A stretch of 34,988 nucleotides of DNA from Planctomycetota bacterium. Its GTDB lineage: Bacteria; Patescibacteriota; Patescibacteriia; Patescibacteriales; UBA12465. Position numbers and translations under genes: made by a program. The stretch lies in contig JALOQQ010000001.1 in assembly GCA_025453315.1 (NCBI GenBank), positions 1-34,988 of the forward strand, given 5' to 3'. Shown piece after piece: positions 17,375 through 25,241 of this stretch; positions within the stretch are counted from its first letter, which is position 1, and each line of letters begins with the position of its first letter. Under the pieces are notes generated by a model. That model saw only the letters and a program-made list of their open reading frames with translations. It was not told the origin of the DNA and did not search any database.

Positions 17375-17764
17375 ATGAGAAAAGTTTTATTTACTATATT
17401 TATTTTTTTATTTTTCCCTTTATTTCTAGTGAATGCTGAGACACCCAATCTTTCCAACGCCTTTTCTAATAGTAAGACAGCTTCAGGACTTAATAATTTT
17501 AATAGCAAGGCCGGTCTAAGCCAAGTTGCCGAACCGGAATACATTGTTGCTAATTTTATTCAGAAATTATTATCTTTTCTTGGTGTTATATTTTTAATAT
17601 TAACGATATATGGTGGCATAACTTGGATGACGGCTCGTGGCAATAAAGACGCTGTCGAAAAAGCTAAAACAATAATGTCTCGGGCGATTATTGGTCTGGG
17701 TATTATTTTAGGAGCTTACGCCATTACAGCCTTTGTTTTTCAATCTTCGCTTTTCTTTAAATAA
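17375..17764 (+). CDS. VirB2/TrbC-like two-helix pilin family protein P4
   Basis: It has a signal peptide (FLVNAE) and the core TIYGGITWMTARGNKDAVEKAKTIMSRAIIGLGIILGAY. Confidence 0.8.
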   Translation: MRKVLFTIFIFLFFPLFLVNAETPNLSNAFSNSKTASGLNNFNSKAGLSQVAEPEYIVANFIQKLLSFLGVIFLILTIYGGITWMTARGNKDAVEKAKTIMSRAIIGLGIILGAYAITAFVFQSSLFFK

Positions 17765-17782
17765 AATTTCTTCATAACTATT

Positions 17783-18163
17783 ATGAAATTAGTTTTTAAA
17801 AAAATATTATTTTTATTGCTTTTAACCCTAATTCTAATCTCGCCGAGTTTGGTTTTTGCTCAATTTAGTTCGAGAGTAATGACATCTAAACTAGATGCTG
17901 TTGCTCAACAATCCGGTTATTCGGCGTCTACCGACGAGACTACTCTTGTAACTACTTTGGGTAGTATTGTTAATATTCTTTTAAGTTTACTTGGTATTAT
18001 ATTTGTTGCTTTAACTATTTATGCTGGTTTTAATTGGATGACCGCTCAAGGTAATGAGGAAAAAGTGAAAGAATCTAAAGCCACTTTAAGAACAGCGGTT
18101 ATTGGTTTGGTAATAACCCTATCTTCGTTTGCTATTTGGAAATTTATTGAGTCAAGATTATAA
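17783..18163 (+). CDS. VirB2/TrbC-like two-helix pilin family protein P5
   Basis: The signal peptide ends LVFAQ and the core is TIYAGFNWMTAQGNEEKVKESKATLRTAVIGLVITLSSF. Confidence 0.8.
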   Translation: MKLVFKKILFLLLLTLILISPSLVFAQFSSRVMTSKLDAVAQQSGYSASTDETTLVTTLGSIVNILLSLLGIIFVALTIYAGFNWMTAQGNEEKVKESKATLRTAVIGLVITLSSFAIWKFIESRL

Positions 18164-18173
18164 TTTTATTAAT

Positions 18174-18596
18174 ATGTTTAAAAAAATCATTTTTATTTTA
18201 TTGTCAGTTTTAATAATCGGCTATAGTTTTCCAGTTAGTGCTCAACTAGGATTATTAGAAAAAAAGAATACTGGTATGGAGGATAAGTTTGCCAAAGGTG
18301 CTGGTTTTAGCAAATCAACTAATGCCAGTTCAGCACCTTTAATGGTGGCTAATATTATAAAAGTCTTATTAAGTATTTTAGCTATTATTTTTGTTAGTTT
18401 AACTATTTATGCTGGTTTTACTTGGATGACTGCTCAAGGAAATGAAGAAAGAATAAAAGAAGCCAAGGGTACTTTAAAGACTGCAATTATTGGTTTAATA
18501 ATAGTGATGTGTGCTTATTCTATTACGGCTTTTGTCTTTACTAAGTTTGCTAATACTGGAAGTGCGACTAGTAACGGCAAACCACTTGGAAATTAA
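18174..18596 (+). CDS. VirB2/TrbC-like two-helix pilin family protein P6
   Basis: The ATG at 18174 gives MFKKIIFILLS... with the signal peptide ending PVSAQ; the track start at 18129 would overlap P5. The core is TIYAGFTWMTAQGNEERIKEAKGTLKTAIIGLIIVMCAY. Confidence 0.8.
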   Translation: MFKKIIFILLSVLIIGYSFPVSAQLGLLEKKNTGMEDKFAKGAGFSKSTNASSAPLMVANIIKVLLSILAIIFVSLTIYAGFTWMTAQGNEERIKEAKGTLKTAIIGLIIVMCAYSITAFVFTKFANTGSATSNGKPLGN

Positions 18597-18615
18597 CTAT
18601 TTGTTTTAAAATAAG

Positions 18616-18644
18616 AAAAGACTACTTGTGGTAGTCTTTTTTTT
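18616..18644. terminator. Bidirectional terminator between convergent genes
   Basis: The stem gactac (18620-18625) / gtagtc (18631-18636) is flanked by AAAA upstream and an 8-T run downstream. It lies between the + strand pilin array and the - strand gene ending at 18661. Confidence 0.7.
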
Positions 18645-18660
18645 GTTTTTTAAAATTAGT

Positions 18661-19311
18661 TTATTCAACCCATCTGGTACGCCAAATATATTTATTTCCT
18701 TGCAAATCAGTTTTAATGGTTTTAACATATTCTATGTCAACTTCTTTTTTTTCGTTAGTTGCAAAGCTAGTCCAGACAGCTTTATAGTCTCCTGATGGTA
18801 AATTCCACCAATAAATATCTCTTGGCCCGAGATCTTTACTGGGCATAGCTTCTTTTCCCGTTTTTTTATTTATAATAGTTACTGAGTAAGTTTTTCTTTC
18901 TCTTTCTTGTTCTTGGCTATTAATATGATAATGATTATCTAAAAATAGACAATTCATTGCATAACCATTACAACCACTATGTCCGGTTGAAGTAGAGTTG
19001 TTGTTTATGTTATCAGCTAGGGCTACATCATAAATAAAATTTCCAACCTTGCTGTTTGTGCCATGAGTTCCAATTGCACTAGTATTATCCATTCTAGCAT
19101 CATATAATGCCAATAATCTATTATTCAGTTCTTTTACCAAGACAGTGTCGCCATCTTTTTTGGCTTGGTCTCTTTCGGCTGTTAAATCAGCCTTTAGTGA
19201 TTCGTATTTTTCTTGAGTCATTCCTTTTTCATAACTAGCAGGACGGAATTGTGCATTTACTGCGGTGCTGATTATCATAATCATTATCACCAAGATCATC
19301 GTTTTTTTCAT
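18661..19311 (-). CDS. Secreted protein of unknown function
   Basis: Starting at the internal ATG (19309-19311) gives MKKTMILVIMIMIISTAVNAQ, a typical signal peptide; the track start at 19365 adds 18 basic residues. I recognise no family. Confidence 0.55.
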   Translation of the reverse strand: MKKTMILVIMIMIISTAVNAQFRPASYEKGMTQEKYESLKADLTAERDQAKKDGDTVLVKELNNRLLALYDARMDNTSAIGTHGTNSKVGNFIYDVALADNINNNSTSTGHSGCNGYAMNCLFLDNHYHINSQEQERERKTYSVTIINKKTGKEAMPSKDLGPRDIYWWNLPSGDYKAVWTSFATNEKKEVDIEYVKTIKTDLQGNKYIWRTRWVE

Positions 19312-19453
19312 CGTGTTATATTTATTAAAGTTATTAATTCTATTTATGTATTTTTTTGGAACCATTATAGTGCTATAATAGTTGTATATATTGAGTTTTA
19401 GAGATCGTTTATTGTAAGGATAATAGTATCATATTTAATAACTTTTGTCAATA

Positions 19454-20494
19454 ATGTCTAAGTACAAACTCTATACAAATTCTAAAAGAGCCTGGGACGG
19501 TATGCTAAAGGCTATGAAATTGGCCCAAAAATCTATTTATATAGAAATGTTTATTTTATTGGCCGACACTTCAGAAACCCATGATTTTTGGGGTGTTATT
19601 AAAGAAAAGGCTAAAAAGGGCGTAAAAATAGCCATAGTAGCTGACAGCTTTGGTAGCTATGCTCTAGATAAAGAGGCTGTAAATGAGGCCCGCGCACTAG
19701 GAGTGGAAATATTGTTTTTTAGTGATTGGTTGAGACGCACTCATCGTAAAATTATTATTGTTGATGAAAAAATTGCTTTTCTAGGCGGGGTTAATATTGA
19801 AAAGAAAACCATTAATTGGCGCGATTTACAAGTTCGTTTAGAATCAAAATATTTAGCCAAAGTTATTTTTAAAAGTTTTGCCTATACTTATATTATGTGT
19901 GGTGGCAAGGACCCTTTTATTTTAAAGCAACAGCAGAAAAAGTTTTTTCATAAAGTGCATTCCTGGCTCTTGGAACATTGGCCCAACTCAGGAGTTTATG
20001 CTTTAAATAATTATTATCGAGAAAAAATTATTGCCGCTCAAAAAAGAATAGTAATTATTACCCCTTATTTTACCCCTCCTCGTTGGTTAGTGGCCTTGCT
20101 TGATGATGCAATTCGTCGTGGTGTCAAAGTTGAGGTTATTATTCCGGAGAATACGGATGTTTCTATTATTAATAGAGTTAATTATGGTTATATTAGATTA
20201 CTGTCGCATTTGGGTATTGAATTTTTTCTCTTTAAAAAAATGAATCATGCCAAGGCTTTATTTATCGACAATAAAGAATTAATGATTGGTTCACCTAACA
20301 TTGATTTTCTTTCTTTTAATTTTAATTTGGAAGTAGGAGTCTTTATGGACGATAAAGAATTAATTCAAGAATTTTCTTTGTTAGTAGAAAAATGGCAAAG
20401 ACAATCTTGGCCCTTGGCTTATTTAAAGAATAAATTAATTTGGCTTGATTATGTTTTTGCTTTTTTTATCCGGTTGTTTTTAAGGATGTTGTAA
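19454..20494 (+). CDS. Phospholipase D superfamily protein with two HKD motifs (ClsB-like cardiolipin/phospholipid synthase)
   Basis: HKD motif 1 is HRKIIIVDEKIAFLGGVNI and HKD motif 2 is HAKALFIDNKELMIGSPNID. There is no N-terminal TM helix. The ATG at 19454 is preferred over the TTG at 19445. Confidence 0.8.
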   Translation: MSKYKLYTNSKRAWDGMLKAMKLAQKSIYIEMFILLADTSETHDFWGVIKEKAKKGVKIAIVADSFGSYALDKEAVNEARALGVEILFFSDWLRRTHRKIIIVDEKIAFLGGVNIEKKTINWRDLQVRLESKYLAKVIFKSFAYTYIMCGGKDPFILKQQQKKFFHKVHSWLLEHWPNSGVYALNNYYREKIIAAQKRIVIITPYFTPPRWLVALLDDAIRRGVKVEVIIPENTDVSIINRVNYGYIRLLSHLGIEFFLFKKMNHAKALFIDNKELMIGSPNIDFLSFNFNLEVGVFMDDKELIQEFSLLVEKWQRQSWPLAYLKNKLIWLDYVFAFFIRLFLRML

Positions 20495-20577
20495 GTTTTA
20501 TCTTTATAGTATAATTATTAGTAGCAAGATTTTTTATTATTAAAATATTTTAATTATTAATTTAAAGTTACAATTAT

Positions 20578-21537
20578 ATGGCAAAAAAGAAAGAATTAGC
20601 TTCTATTAAGTTTTTTAAGGAAATCGATAAAAAATCAGTTGCCATTGCCGGTGGCAAAGGAGCGTCTTTAGGTGAAATGACTAAAGCCGGTTTAGCTGTG
20701 CCGCCAGGCTTTGTTATTCTTTCTCATTCTTTTGATCGTTTTTTAGAAGAAACCGATTTATTTCAAAGCATTGATTCCGAATTACATAAAACTAATTATA
20801 ATGATATTAATTCAGTCGATAAAACCTCAGCTATTATTAGAGAAATGATTCATGAAGCTAAAATGCCGATTGATTTAAGTAAAGAAATTGTAGCTAATTT
20901 TAAAAAGTTAAAGACTAAATATGTAGCAGTGCGTTCTTCGGCTACTGCTGAAGATTCTTCAGTAGCCTCTTGGGCCGGTGAACTAGAAACTTATTTGAAT
21001 ACCACTGACAAACGTTTATTGGAAAATGTAAAACGTTGTTGGTCTTCTTTGTTTACGCCGCGCGCTATTTTTTATCGTAAAGAAAAAGATTTATTAGAGA
21101 CTCATGTTTCCGTGGCCGTGGTTGTACAAAAAATGGTGGAGTCAGAAGTTTCTGGAATCGCTTTTACGGTTCATCCAGTTACTCAAGATAGAACACAAAT
21201 GATTATTGAAGCAGGATATGGTTTGGGTGAAGCTATTGTTTCCGGATCAATAACCCCAGACTCTTATGTTTTAGATAAAAGGGATATGTCTTTAATGGAT
21301 GTTAATGTTAGTAAGCAAGAAAAGAAAATTGTGCTTGATGTAAAAAATGGAGTAAAGTGGACTAAGATCGCCAAGAATGAACAAGAAAAGCAAAAATTAT
21401 CTAATAAACAAGTAGTGCAGTTGGCCGAATTATGTCTTAAAATCGAAAAGCATTATAAATTTCCTTGTGATATAGAATGGGCTTATGAAAAAAAGAAATT
21501 TTATATAACTCAGAGTCGTCCTATTACTACTCTCTAA
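20578..21537 (+). CDS. PEP/pyruvate-binding (PPDK_N) domain protein: stand-alone ATP-grasp domain of the PEP synthase family
   Basis: The pattern is AGGKGASLGEM..AGLAVPPGFV...VAVRSSATAEDS..ASWAGELETYLN...CWSSLFTPRAIFYR...VAVVVQKMV.SEVSGIAFT..P...GYGLGEAIVSG...PD.Y...CDIEWAY...FYITQSRPIT. The protein stops right after this domain. Confidence 0.8.
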   Translation: MAKKKELASIKFFKEIDKKSVAIAGGKGASLGEMTKAGLAVPPGFVILSHSFDRFLEETDLFQSIDSELHKTNYNDINSVDKTSAIIREMIHEAKMPIDLSKEIVANFKKLKTKYVAVRSSATAEDSSVASWAGELETYLNTTDKRLLENVKRCWSSLFTPRAIFYRKEKDLLETHVSVAVVVQKMVESEVSGIAFTVHPVTQDRTQMIIEAGYGLGEAIVSGSITPDSYVLDKRDMSLMDVNVSKQEKKIVLDVKNGVKWTKIAKNEQEKQKLSNKQVVQLAELCLKIEKHYKFPCDIEWAYEKKKFYITQSRPITTL

Positions 21538-21562
21538 ATAAAGTAAATTAAATATTTAAAAT

Positions 21563-21590
21563 AAAAGCGGAGCTTACTCCGCTTTTATTC
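21563..21590 (+). terminator. Rho-independent terminator
   Basis: The stem gcggag (21567-21572) / ctccgc (21577-21582) with loop ctta is extended by AAAA/TTTT and has a T tract downstream. Confidence 0.7.
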
Positions 21591-21660
21591 TTCCCTTGTT
21601 TCTTCTGCTTTTTTCTGCTATACTTTTCTCTAATCTTTTTTAACTCTTTTTTATTTACAT

Positions 21661-24153
21661 ATGGCCGAGAAAAATAACTTAATTAAAGTTCGTGGTGCAC
21701 GCGTCAATAATCTCAAAAATATTAATGTTGATATTCCACGCGATCAACTAATTGTTATTACTGGACTATCCGGATCTGGAAAGTCTTCTTTGGCTTTTGA
21801 TACTATTTATGCCGAGGGACAAAGGCGCTATGTTGAATCTTTATCGTCTTATGCTCGGCAATTTGTTGATTTAATGGATAAGCCGGATGTTGATTCAATT
21901 GAAGGATTATCTCCAGCGGTTTCTATTGATCAAAAATCAGTTTCCAATAATCCTCGCTCTACAGTCGGAACTATTACAGAAATTTATGATTTTTTTCGTT
22001 TGTTGTTTGCTAAGATGGGAGCGCCTTATTGCGTTTGTTGTGATACAAAAATGAAAAAACAAAAAAAAGAAAATAAGGGTGACGGAATTATTCAGCCCGC
22101 TTTTTTTAGTTGTCCAAATTGTAATAATACTTTGCCAGAATTAACTTTAAATAATTTTTCTTTTAATTCCAGCCATGGTGCTTGCCCGGTTTGTAGCGGT
22201 TTGGGAACTAAATTGGAGGTTGATCCAGAATTAGTTTTAAATCTTAATTTAAGTTTAGAACAAGGAGCGATTAAGCCATTAGCTCGCAATAATTTTCGTA
22301 GTAACGATGCCTTTTTAAAAGAATTGGAAAAAGTGGTTGAGAAGTCTGGTTTTTCAGTTGCCCTTCCTTTAAAGCAAGCTTCTAAAAAACAATTAGATTT
22401 GATTTTGTATGGCGATAAAAATTTTATTGGTTTGATTGCTGAACTCGAGAGGCGTTATAAGGAAACCGAATCTAATTACGTACGTCAAGAAATAGAACAG
22501 TATATGCGTATTTTGCTTTGTCCAACTTGTGAAGGTAAACGTCTTAAAAAAGAAATGTTAGCTGTAAAAATAGGTACTTATTCTATTAATGATATTGTTA
22601 GTCGTGATATTGTCGGGGTGAGAGAATTATTAATTGATATTGCTTCTAATACTAAATTAAGTGAGTTGGAAAAGAAGATTTTCTCTCAAATAACCAACGA
22701 AGTTAATTTGCGTTTAGATTTTATTAATAATGTTGGTCTTAATTATTTAACTCTTAGTCGTTCGGCCACCACTCTTTCTGGTGGTGAAGCACAGCGTATT
22801 CGTTTGGCCACTCAATTGGGTGCTGGACTCATGAGCGTGCTTTATGTTTTAGATGAACCATCGATTGGCTTACATCAGCGTGATAATGAAAAATTAATTG
22901 AAACTTTAAGAGCTTTACGCGATAGAGGTAACACAGTTATTGTCGTTGAACATGATGAAGCTATGATGTTGGCCGCTGATCACTTAATTGATATTGGTCC
23001 GGGTGCCGGAGAAAAAGGTGGTAAATTAATTTTTGAGGGAACACCGGAGGCTATAAAAAAATGTAAAGAATCTTTAACCGGGCAATATTTAAGTGGTGCT
23101 AAAACCATTCCTTTACCAACTAAATATCACGCTGGTAATGGTAAGGCTATTGAAATTCTTGGTGCCTCTGAACATAATTTACAAAACATTAATGTTAGGA
23201 TTCCTCTAGGTAAATTAGTTGCTATTACGGGAGTTTCTGGTTCTGGTAAATCAACCCTAATGAGTGATATTTTAGCTAATTCTTTAAATAAAAAGTTTTA
23301 TCGAGCTAAAGTTCAAGTTGGTAAACATAAAGAAATAAAAGGCTTAGAATTTATTGATAAGGTTATTGATATTGACCAGTCTCCAATTGGTCGTACGCCT
23401 CGCTCTAACCCCGCTACTTATACTGGTGCTTTTACACCTATTCGTGATCTTTTTGCTTCTTTATTTGATGCTAAAAAACGTGGTTATGGAGCTGGTCATT
23501 TTTCTTTCAACGTAGTTGGTGGTCGTTGTGAGCAATGTTCTGGTGATGGTTTATTAAAAATTGAAATGCAGTTTCTATCCGATGTTTATGTTACTTGTGA
23601 TAGTTGTGGTGGCCAAAGATTTAAAAAGGAAATTTTAGAAATCACTTACAAGAGTCCTTTTGTTCGTGAACCAAAAAATATTTTTGAAGTTTTAAAAATG
23701 ACCGTAGATGAAGCCATGTCTTTTTTTCAAGACAAATCAGCTATTTATCAAAAACTAGAAACTTTACATAAGGTCGGTTTGGGTTATATTACTCTTGGTC
23801 AATCAGCCACCACTCTTTCTGGCGGTGAGGCTCAACGCGTAAAACTAGCAACTGAATTATCACGTCGTGCTACCGGTAAAACCTTATATATTTTAGATGA
23901 ACCGACAACCGGTCTTCATTTTGAAGATATTAATCGTTTGATGGAAGTACTTATTAAATTAGTGGAAAAAGGTAATACGGTTCTTATTATTGAACATAAT
24001 CTCGATGTCATAAAGGCTGTTGACTGGATAATTGATCTTGGCCCAGACGGTGGTAAAAATGGTGGATTAATAGTTGCCGAAGGAACACCAAAAGAAGTGG
24101 CCAAAAAGACCGGAACTTATACTGGGGAATATCTAAATAAAATATTAGGATAA
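21661..24153 (+). CDS. uvrA: UvrA-family ABC ATPase lacking the UvrB-binding domain (class II-like UvrA)
   Basis: It has two ABC modules: Walker [10 protein letters not shown] and GVSGSGKST, signatures [12 protein letters not shown] and [12 protein letters not shown], and Walker B YVLDEPS and YILDEPT. Zn modules are present (CPVC...CPTC and CEQC...CDSC). At 830 aa it is shorter than the usual ~940 aa. Confidence 0.85.
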   Translation: MAEKNNLIKVRGARVNNLKNINVDIPRDQLIVITGLSGSGKSSLAFDTIYAEGQRRYVESLSSYARQFVDLMDKPDVDSIEGLSPAVSIDQKSVSNNPRSTVGTITEIYDFFRLLFAKMGAPYCVCCDTKMKKQKKENKGDGIIQPAFFSCPNCNNTLPELTLNNFSFNSSHGACPVCSGLGTKLEVDPELVLNLNLSLEQGAIKPLARNNFRSNDAFLKELEKVVEKSGFSVALPLKQASKKQLDLILYGDKNFIGLIAELERRYKETESNYVRQEIEQYMRILLCPTCEGKRLKKEMLAVKIGTYSINDIVSRDIVGVRELLIDIASNTKLSELEKKIFSQITNEVNLRLDFINNVGLNYLTLSRSATTLSGGEAQRIRLATQLGAGLMSVLYVLDEPSIGLHQRDNEKLIETLRALRDRGNTVIVVEHDEAMMLAADHLIDIGPGAGEKGGKLIFEGTPEAIKKCKESLTGQYLSGAKTIPLPTKYHAGNGKAIEILGASEHNLQNINVRIPLGKLVAITGVSGSGKSTLMSDILANSLNKKFYRAKVQVGKHKEIKGLEFIDKVIDIDQSPIGRTPRSNPATYTGAFTPIRDLFASLFDAKKRGYGAGHFSFNVVGGRCEQCSGDGLLKIEMQFLSDVYVTCDSCGGQRFKKEILEITYKSPFVREPKNIFEVLKMTVDEAMSFFQDKSAIYQKLETLHKVGLGYITLGQSATTLSGGEAQRVKLATELSRRATGKTLYILDEPTTGLHFEDINRLMEVLIKLVEKGNTVLIIEHNLDVIKAVDWIIDLGPDGGKNGGLIVAEGTPKEVAKKTGTYTGEYLNKILG

Positions 24154-24156
24154 ATT

Positions 24157-24185
24157 TTGGCAGAGATTAGGTTTTATGGTATAAT
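24157..24185 (+). promoter_or_regulatory. Candidate promoter for the membrane protein / double-ATPase operon
   Basis: The -35 TTGGCA (24157-24162) is followed by a 17-nt spacer, then the extended -10 TGGTATAAT (24177-24185). Confidence 0.4.
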
Positions 24186-24232
24186 AATGTTGATTATTTT
24201 TTAACTTATTATTACTTATTTTAAAAAAATCT

Positions 24233-25198
24233 ATGCTTTCTTATCGCTCTATTTTAAAACAATCCTGGAACAACGTTTGGCGCTTTAAACATTTGTGGTT
24301 TTTTGGTTTGTTTGCCTTTGTTCTTTCTGCTTCTAATTTTGATTTTTTATCTAATCTTCTTAGTGCTGAAAAAAGAGCTGTGCTTTTTTCTAACATTCTT
24401 AATTTTGCTCAAACTGGAATTATTGGTAAATCTTTTTTTAAAGGTGTTCACTTGATTTTTCAAAGCGATCCAGTCGGCATGGTGACTTTTATTATTGTTG
24501 GTCTTATTGTTTTAGCCTTATTAATATTTATTCTTTGGTTATCAGTTTCTTCTCAGGCAGCCATTTTTAGTTCTACTTATTTAATTTATAAGAAGAAAAC
24601 TGATTTAGATATTAAAGCTGGCATTCGTTTCGGTTCAAAAATATTCTGGCCGGTATTGGGTGTTAATATTTTAGCTAAATTGGTGTTATTGTCTTCTTTT
24701 ATAATCTGCAGTATTCCTCTTTTTTTCCTTTCCGAGAAATCTTTTACTTTTGATTTGTTTTATACTTTGCTTTTCATCATTTTTGCAGTTATTAGTTTTG
24801 TGTTACTGATTGTTTCTAAATATGCTGTGGCTTATAAAGTTATTAAAAATACTAGTTTTATTTCTTCTTTAAGAAGTGCTTGGCATTTGTTTATTAAAAA
24901 CTGGTTAATTAGTGTCGAAATTTCCATTGTTTTTTTGGCGGTTTACTTAGTTAGTTTAGTTGCCGGTTGGTTATTGTCAGTTATTATTGCTTCACCATTT
25001 ATTGTTATATCTTTATTTACTGGTAGTTTTGCTTTTTGGGTAATTGCTTCAGCTGTTAATGTATTAGTAGTTATTGCTGTTGGCATGGTTCTTACTTCTT
25101 TCCAGTTTTCAGCTTGGACTCAATTATTTATTCAACTTATTGAAAATGGCGGACGCAGTAAAATAGAAAGAATAGTTGATTCAACTAAAAAAAGTTAA
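24233..25198 (+). CDS. Polytopic membrane protein, unknown function
   Basis: The 321-aa protein is almost entirely hydrophobic helices (about 7-8) and ends 43 nt before the ATPase gene on the same strand. Confidence 0.6.
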   Translation: MLSYRSILKQSWNNVWRFKHLWFFGLFAFVLSASNFDFLSNLLSAEKRAVLFSNILNFAQTGIIGKSFFKGVHLIFQSDPVGMVTFIIVGLIVLALLIFILWLSVSSQAAIFSSTYLIYKKKTDLDIKAGIRFGSKIFWPVLGVNILAKLVLLSSFIICSIPLFFLSEKSFTFDLFYTLLFIIFAVISFVLLIVSKYAVAYKVIKNTSFISSLRSAWHLFIKNWLISVEISIVFLAVYLVSLVAGWLLSVIIASPFIVISLFTGSFAFWVIASAVNVLVVIAVGMVLTSFQFSAWTQLFIQLIENGGRSKIERIVDSTKKS

Positions 25199-25241
25199 TT
25201 TATTTTTTAAATATAGTTTATAAAGTATAGTTTTTTCAGTT

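Noticed and set aside
15827-18596. Interpretation of the array as type IV (PilA-like) pilins matching the nearby PilB-type ATPase
   Set aside because: None of the seven proteins has a class III prepilin leader (short basic leader, G|F-T/S-L-x-E). They have long Sec-type signal peptides and two hydrophobic helices, which is the VirB2/TrbC layout.
19454-24153. PLD + PPDK_N + UvrA-like genes as a three-gene anti-phage defence island
   Set aside because: The PLD protein has two HKD motifs in one chain, like ClsB-type lipid synthases rather than single-HKD Nuc-type nucleases. The three genes are separated by 83 and 123 nt, with a strong terminator between the last two. I see no nuclease, helicase or sensor signature typical of known defence systems, so there is not enough support.
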